Below are positions 58,766 to 64,000 of a DNA stretch of 64,000 bases, piece by piece; position 1 is the first letter of the stretch, and every line of letters starts with the position of its first letter. This DNA is from Antechinus flavipes. Lineage: Eukaryota. Made by a program: the position numbers and the translations under genes. Location: NCBI RefSeq assembly GCF_016432865.1, contig NC_067399.1:441006001-441070000 (forward strand). Reading direction: 5' to 3'. A model generated the notes under the pieces. The model saw only the letters and a program-made list of their open reading frames with translations, was not told the origin of the DNA and ran no database searches.

Positions 58766-61512
58766 AAATTTTACATGTAGTTAAGGGGGAAAAAAACTTA
58801 AAAAAAAAGTTCCATCAAAATCTCCTTTAAAGGAGCAGGGTGGGAGAAAGAACTCAGCCTTTAAAGTAGCTGGTCTCAATCATTAGTCAAAGAGAAAAAC
58901 TAATGGCATCTTATTATTTTTAGCCTATGACCAGCAACAGGATGAATTTAGAAAAGGAAAAAAACATAGAAGTAAATATCAGCCCTTTCTCTGCAACTCT
59001 TGATGGCTCTGTAAGTGTGGTAGAGTCATAGAGAATCCTAGAACCTCAGAGGGCAAGAGTAGGAAATCCCTTCCTCAGCAATGAGAAGGGAATTCACTAC
59101 TGTTCACTACTATCTTAGGATGCAGTGAATGCTTATTACATGAAGTCATGACCATCTGCTGCAAACCAGGCTTTTCTGGTGGCTTTCTTTTAGGTTGGGG
59201 TTTTTTTCCCCCTTAACTTCATCTCCATGTTTTTCCCAGACTGAAAGAGTAATAGCCACCAACTGACCCAGTGGCGTGTCTGAATTTTGTCATGACAGGT
59301 TGGTTCCCATCCCTCCTTAGGCAACCTAGTGACATACCACCACCATGTTGGTGCTGGTATATTGGAGTTCAGACACCTCATTGGCTTAGAACACTGGGCA
59401 GCTTAGAACTCCTGAGCTCTGGAGAGCCACCCATTATTCCTAACTTCTGCTGGTAACAGACCCATAATCACCATCCCTGACTTCTGCCGGTTCACCCACC
59501 CCAATAACCTTATATCCAACTTGAAGAGATCATTGTAAGGTCCATGCTGATTCTTGTTTTTATTTTCCCCAGCCTTTTGGCATCTGGGCCTGTGAAGTTC
59601 ATTTAGGGCACCATTTGGTTTTTGTGAAACCCCGAGAGATTGTCCTTTAATTGAAACTGCAAGTTTTGTTTTTGTTTTTTTTAAAGGAATGGCTTACAGA
59701 CTGGTAGTGACTTCCCCATCCCTGGAGGTACTCAAGCAGAAGCTGGGATACTATGAAGGAAAGTTTCTGAATATAGTAGTAGCTTTTAAACTAAATTAGG
59801 AGCTTCTAGCTGATCAATTCAAGTGCTCCTTCACCTGGTTGTTCCTTGTTCTGGTGATGTCACAACTCCTGTCCTCTTCCATATCTGCACAGTGCTTTCC
59901 TTAACTTTCTAACTGGAGAATCTTAAAAGGGAGGGAGGGGAGGAAGGCAAGGGTAAAAGTTAGAGGCTGTAATTTAGTCATTCACTCTCAAAGTTGAGAA
60001 AAGACCTCCTTGGGCAATCCTACACTAGATCTTATCTAAATTTAGTTGTTTCTTTTATCCTTTGAAACTACAACCCACTTTTCATTTCCCAGTAGCCCTG
60101 CCTTAGGTGACAGCTTTTATCCCTGCATCTGGAGGTAGGTGAAGGCCATAATTAAGATACTCTATAGATGAAGTTAGGTAAGTAGGGCTCAAGTAGCTCT
60201 TTCACCCACTACTTCTTAGTCACTTCCCTCTCACTGAGTGAGTCAGCTCATCTGTAAAATGGGTATAATGACTTATTCTTTCTCCCTACCTCTGAAAGCC
60301 TGAGGGAGAGCCTTTTGTCAAATTGTAAGTGACTATAGTAAAGTAACCATTATTGTTGTTGTATGTTGTTTTTGCTGCTTCCCAGACTCACTCTGGGAAG
60401 GCATGTTGGGACAGAGACCTCCACCCCAGCGGGTGAGTAATCTCCCCAGACCAGAGTCAGCACTTCCCCATGTGTCAGCTGTTAATGAGGCTAGCTGTTC
60501 CTCTAGCAACAGGGTGGAGGAGGAGTGAGAGAGGCAGGTCAGCCAGCTGGCCATCTGTGTACAGTCCACAGCCTGCCCACCTTCCCAGGAATGCAGCCAC
60601 CCCCAGAGCTGGGCGTGGATGGGAACCGCTGAGGAGAGCCAACATGGGGTGTTTTCCTATTGCTTAGAGGCTGAAAACAGAATTCCCAGGGTTCCAGGCT
60701 CTTCTGTGTCACAGCTGCCCTTTAAAGGCTGAGAGTATCTCCAGCAAGGACCACGTTCTAGAACCCAGAGCTAGAGGCGACAGTAGAGAAAAACCTAGAT
60801 GACTCCAACCTCCTCAGGAAACTGGGGCCTGCTTGGAAAAGCCCGATGTAGTATGATCATTCAGTTCTGGCGTAGATCTTACAGCTGTAGAAAAGAGATC
60901 TTCTAGTCCAAATCCCTCAGTTTGTAAGTGGGTAACTGAGGAATAGAAATTAAAGGGACTCGTTCACAGTCGCACAGTAGGTGATCTCATATTTGCGTAG
61001 CATTTTAAATCGACAACTAAAAAACCTGGTGAGGCAGGCAGTACAGTAGTATTAGTGCACTTACCTTGCAGGAAAATGAGGCAGAAAGGTGAAATACTAG
61101 GTATGCTGGGTCTCCTTCACCCCACAAGCCAGGCCTTCCAATTTCTGAACTCTGGGCTTTTTTTCCATACCAGTGCCTCCCTAAAAAGAACTGTTTGTCC
61201 CCACCAACCTTACTTAATATTTTATTTTAAAGCTCCTCCCATCTCTCCCCTCAATCATTAAGCCAGACTAATTGTCAAGTAATGACAACCCAAGCCATAC
61301 AGTGTCCATTGTGTCCTAGGCCTTGTTTGGTCCTAGAGATACAAATAGGAAAAACTACAAATTGCCTGTCTTCAAGGAGCATATTATACCCTTAAATTTA
61401 TCTCCTCTCTACTGTCTGAAAAGGCATACTTCCACATTGTGACTTTCCCTATCACAGTTTCAATATATCTCTAGTTGGCATAAGAAATTAAATTGGAGGA
61501 TGGGGGGGAAGG

Positions 61513-61660
61513 AAGACAGCTAGGTGGTGCAATGGATAGAGCACCAGCCCTGAAGTCAGGAGGACCTGAGTTCAAATCTGGTCTCAGACATTCAACATTT
61601 CCTGGCGGTGTGACCCTGGGCAAGTCACTTAACCCCAATTGCCTCAGCAAAAAAGCAAAA
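61513..61660 (+). mobile_element. Young, near-consensus WSINE1-like SINE
   Basis: cagctaggtggtgcaatggatagagcaccagccctgaagtcaggaggacctgagttcaaatctggtctcagaca...gtgaccctgggcaagtcacttaaccccaattgcctcagcaaaaaa. Confidence 0.85.
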
Positions 61661-61699
61661 AGAAATGGGAATTTCTAGGGAGTTTTGTGGAAGCTATAG

Positions 61700-61878
61700 A
61701 TACAGAAAAAGTTTTGAAATTCAAATGTATAAAATATGTGTATAGTATTATATAATGTCAACATATGTAATTGAGACTTCTGGTATGAAGAGAGGGCCAA
61801 CAAATGTTAACCTGGATTTTCCAGATTGTGGGGGAGCCACACTCCTAATCTCCTTGGTGTGGAAGGGATAGCTGTACT
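61700..61878. mobile_element. Possible Tigger/pogo-type DNA transposon end
   Basis: Ends cactcctaatctccttggtgtggaagggatagctgTA, resembling recalled Tigger termini with a TA target. Confidence 0.4.
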
Positions 61879-64000
61879 ATAAACTGCAGAAGGCCAGTCC
61901 TCCGGCCCAGGCCGGTATCAGCTTTCACTTGTAGAAAGGAGAGGCTCAGAGCAGGATTTTTGAATTAAACATGCTCTGCCTGGCTCGCTCCCCAGCCTGC
62001 CAGGTGAACAGATTAGTAAATGTTTGTGGTTTAAGGGCAGATGTGTGGCCCTAGGAGCCTAGGACAAGATGCTTGGATTCTCTTCTGTGCTCTGCCTCTC
62101 GACTTGCTCTGTGTCCTTCGGGCTGCTGGCTAGGTAAGCTTTAAAAATCCACCCTAGCAGTGACATTCTATCTTAGGGGACCCCTTTTCATTCTCATCTT
62201 CTTAGAATATCAGAGCCAGAAAGGGTCCTTAAATCATCTGATCTTCCCTTTTCAGTTTACAAACAGGGAAACAGACAGCCCCTAATGATAACTGAGAATA
62301 ATAACACTATAATGCTCTACAAGTCACAACAGCTTTAAGTATAATTATCTCACTGAAGAGTCTTAAGAGGGGTAGGGGGGAGGTCAGGACTGTAGTCTGT
62401 ATGGCTTAGTCATGCAGTTTCTGAGTTTGGAAACCCATGTCTAAGCAAGATAAGCCCTTCTGCACCATCGCTAAGAAGTCTTCGTCCAAGCTTCCATCTG
62501 AACAGCAAAGAAGAGTTTGCCTGCTAACTGCTTAATGTTAGCGCTCAAAGCCCCTCGTAGTGGAGCTGCTCTGCTACACTGTCCAGTCTCATCTCATTAT
62601 TGCCCAGCTTGCTCTTTAGGTTCCAGCTCAGCTGAGCTATTTACTATACAAAGCACTCCGCTATCCTTGGAACCTCTCAGTCGTCTCCACAGTCTCTGCC
62701 TCCTGTCTTCACATTGAAGGCGGATCTCAGATGTTGACATCCCTCTGTCAAGTCTCCACTTGATTCTCCATACAGATGCTCCTTGGACCTCTTAGGTGCT
62801 TACCAGGCTCTAATCTGAATCCAATAGAATTGCCTTACAACAAGCCCCCCACAACAAGACCAGGAGTTTCATCAGGCAGGGGCTTTTTCCATTTTTCCAT
62901 CTCTCCTCTTCCCCAATCCCTACAGCATAAAGCAAGTTTGGTCTGACATGTTGTGGACCGGCTCTTAGTCATTACACAACTTAAACCCCTCCCTCTCTTC
63001 TGCTTCCACACTGACAAGACATGTGCTCATCACAATTGAGAAATATTTATGTTTTGAGTTCCTCAAATCCATACATATTTTGAGAGACCCATTTAGAGAA
63101 AAACATTTTATGTCAAACCAGATGATGAGAGTCAGAAACCATCTCAGCACATGAAGGCAGGAGTCTTCAGTTCATTTCAGCCCTTCTAAGGTTAATTACC
63201 AAGCTAATGGGATCTTTCTCATGTCTAGTGGATGAGACAGAATCTTAAATCAACTCCTCTTCAACTTTCCCACCCACAAAATAGACATCTGATACTGTGC
63301 TCTCAACACTCCCCCCCCCAAAAAAATCTAAAAGTCCTTTAATCCTGGGCTAATATTTAGGGTGCTAAGCTCAGCACTAGAAACTGCTTCACCCAGTAGG
63401 GCTTCATTCAGAGACACTAGGACCCCTGTCCCCACAGATATGATCGGGGATTAGGTGGCAGGAATACCTGTAGGGTAGAAACTACAGGAAGCAAGAGCCC
63501 TTACCTAGCAACAAGGAGGCAGCCGAAAGAATATATGTCAGAATGCTGATACAGTGGGTATCTAAGAAATTGAGCCATTTCTGGTCAGAATAATGGAATG
63601 TATGATGGATAAAGAAGTTGTCGTCCTTGGCATCAGGTCTGAATGTTCTTGACCAGCCCCAAATAGCAGGGTGAGCCTCAAGCCCGGACTCCACTTCTGG
63701 TATGTGCCCTCCCCAGCCCTGGTCAGAAAAGCTGCTCTGTACCTGGAATTAAGAGACCCCAGGTCAAGTTCTAGCATGGCTGCTTGCTTTATTACCTGTG
63801 TGACTTTGAACAAGTTATTTTTTAACCTGACTGAGGGAGCTTTAATTTTTCCCTTTCTAAAAAGATGGGAATATGGGATCCCTTTGAGCTTCAAAATCCT
63901 ACAAGCCCAAAGTTTTCTTGCTGTGAACAAACCCAGTTTTAAGAGAGCTTTTGATTTACAATTGGGAAATCTGAACTCAATCTATGCTCTGCCATTAGTA

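Noticed and set aside
62620-62717. Possible next DLGAP4 exon (ctttag|GTTCCAGC... resembles the expected SSS start)
   Set aside because: The frame does not continue into CLVAYKKTPPPVPPR and soon stops. The true exon is probably beyond the window.
1-64000. tRNA genes, CRISPR arrays or prokaryotic operon features
   Set aside because: The DNA is mammalian. The tRNA-like A/B boxes all belong to SINE heads, and there is no repeat-spacer array.

Overview
Eukaryotic (marsupial, probably dasyurid) genomic DNA containing the 5' coding half of DLGAP4 (SAPAP4, a postsynaptic scaffold) on the + strand. Five canonical coding exons join in frame through GT-AG sites: 258-1307, 2818-3038, 5414-5528, 8315-8365 and 23996-24224. 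They are followed by a very long intron. I could not find the next coding exon (SSCLVAYKKTPPPVPP...) in the window. That intron holds a CpG island (~34.5-36.4 kb) carrying the alternative first exon MALCLDLLKQ(C) of the short DLGAP4 isoform. The rest is mostly marsupial repeats: WSINE1-like, Mar1-like and MIR CORE-SINEs, L1, L2, CR1/L3, hAT MITEs and one 7SL-derived copy. The most notable observations are: (1) a candidate extra first exon, MGTSPC..., that splices in frame to the third coding exon, so both internal N-termini look lipid-modifiable; (2) nine GTGCAC palindromes and 13 MRE-core motifs packed upstream in the CpG-island promoter; (3) a 75-bp copy of exon sequence pasted into the next intron; (4) an OC1-like MITE; (5) a poly-Gly expansion and a 4-aa deletion in the protein. 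Gene, repeat-family and species names come from recalled homology, not from database searches. Repeat boundaries are approximate. Most other ORFs in the supplied track are non-coding artefacts.
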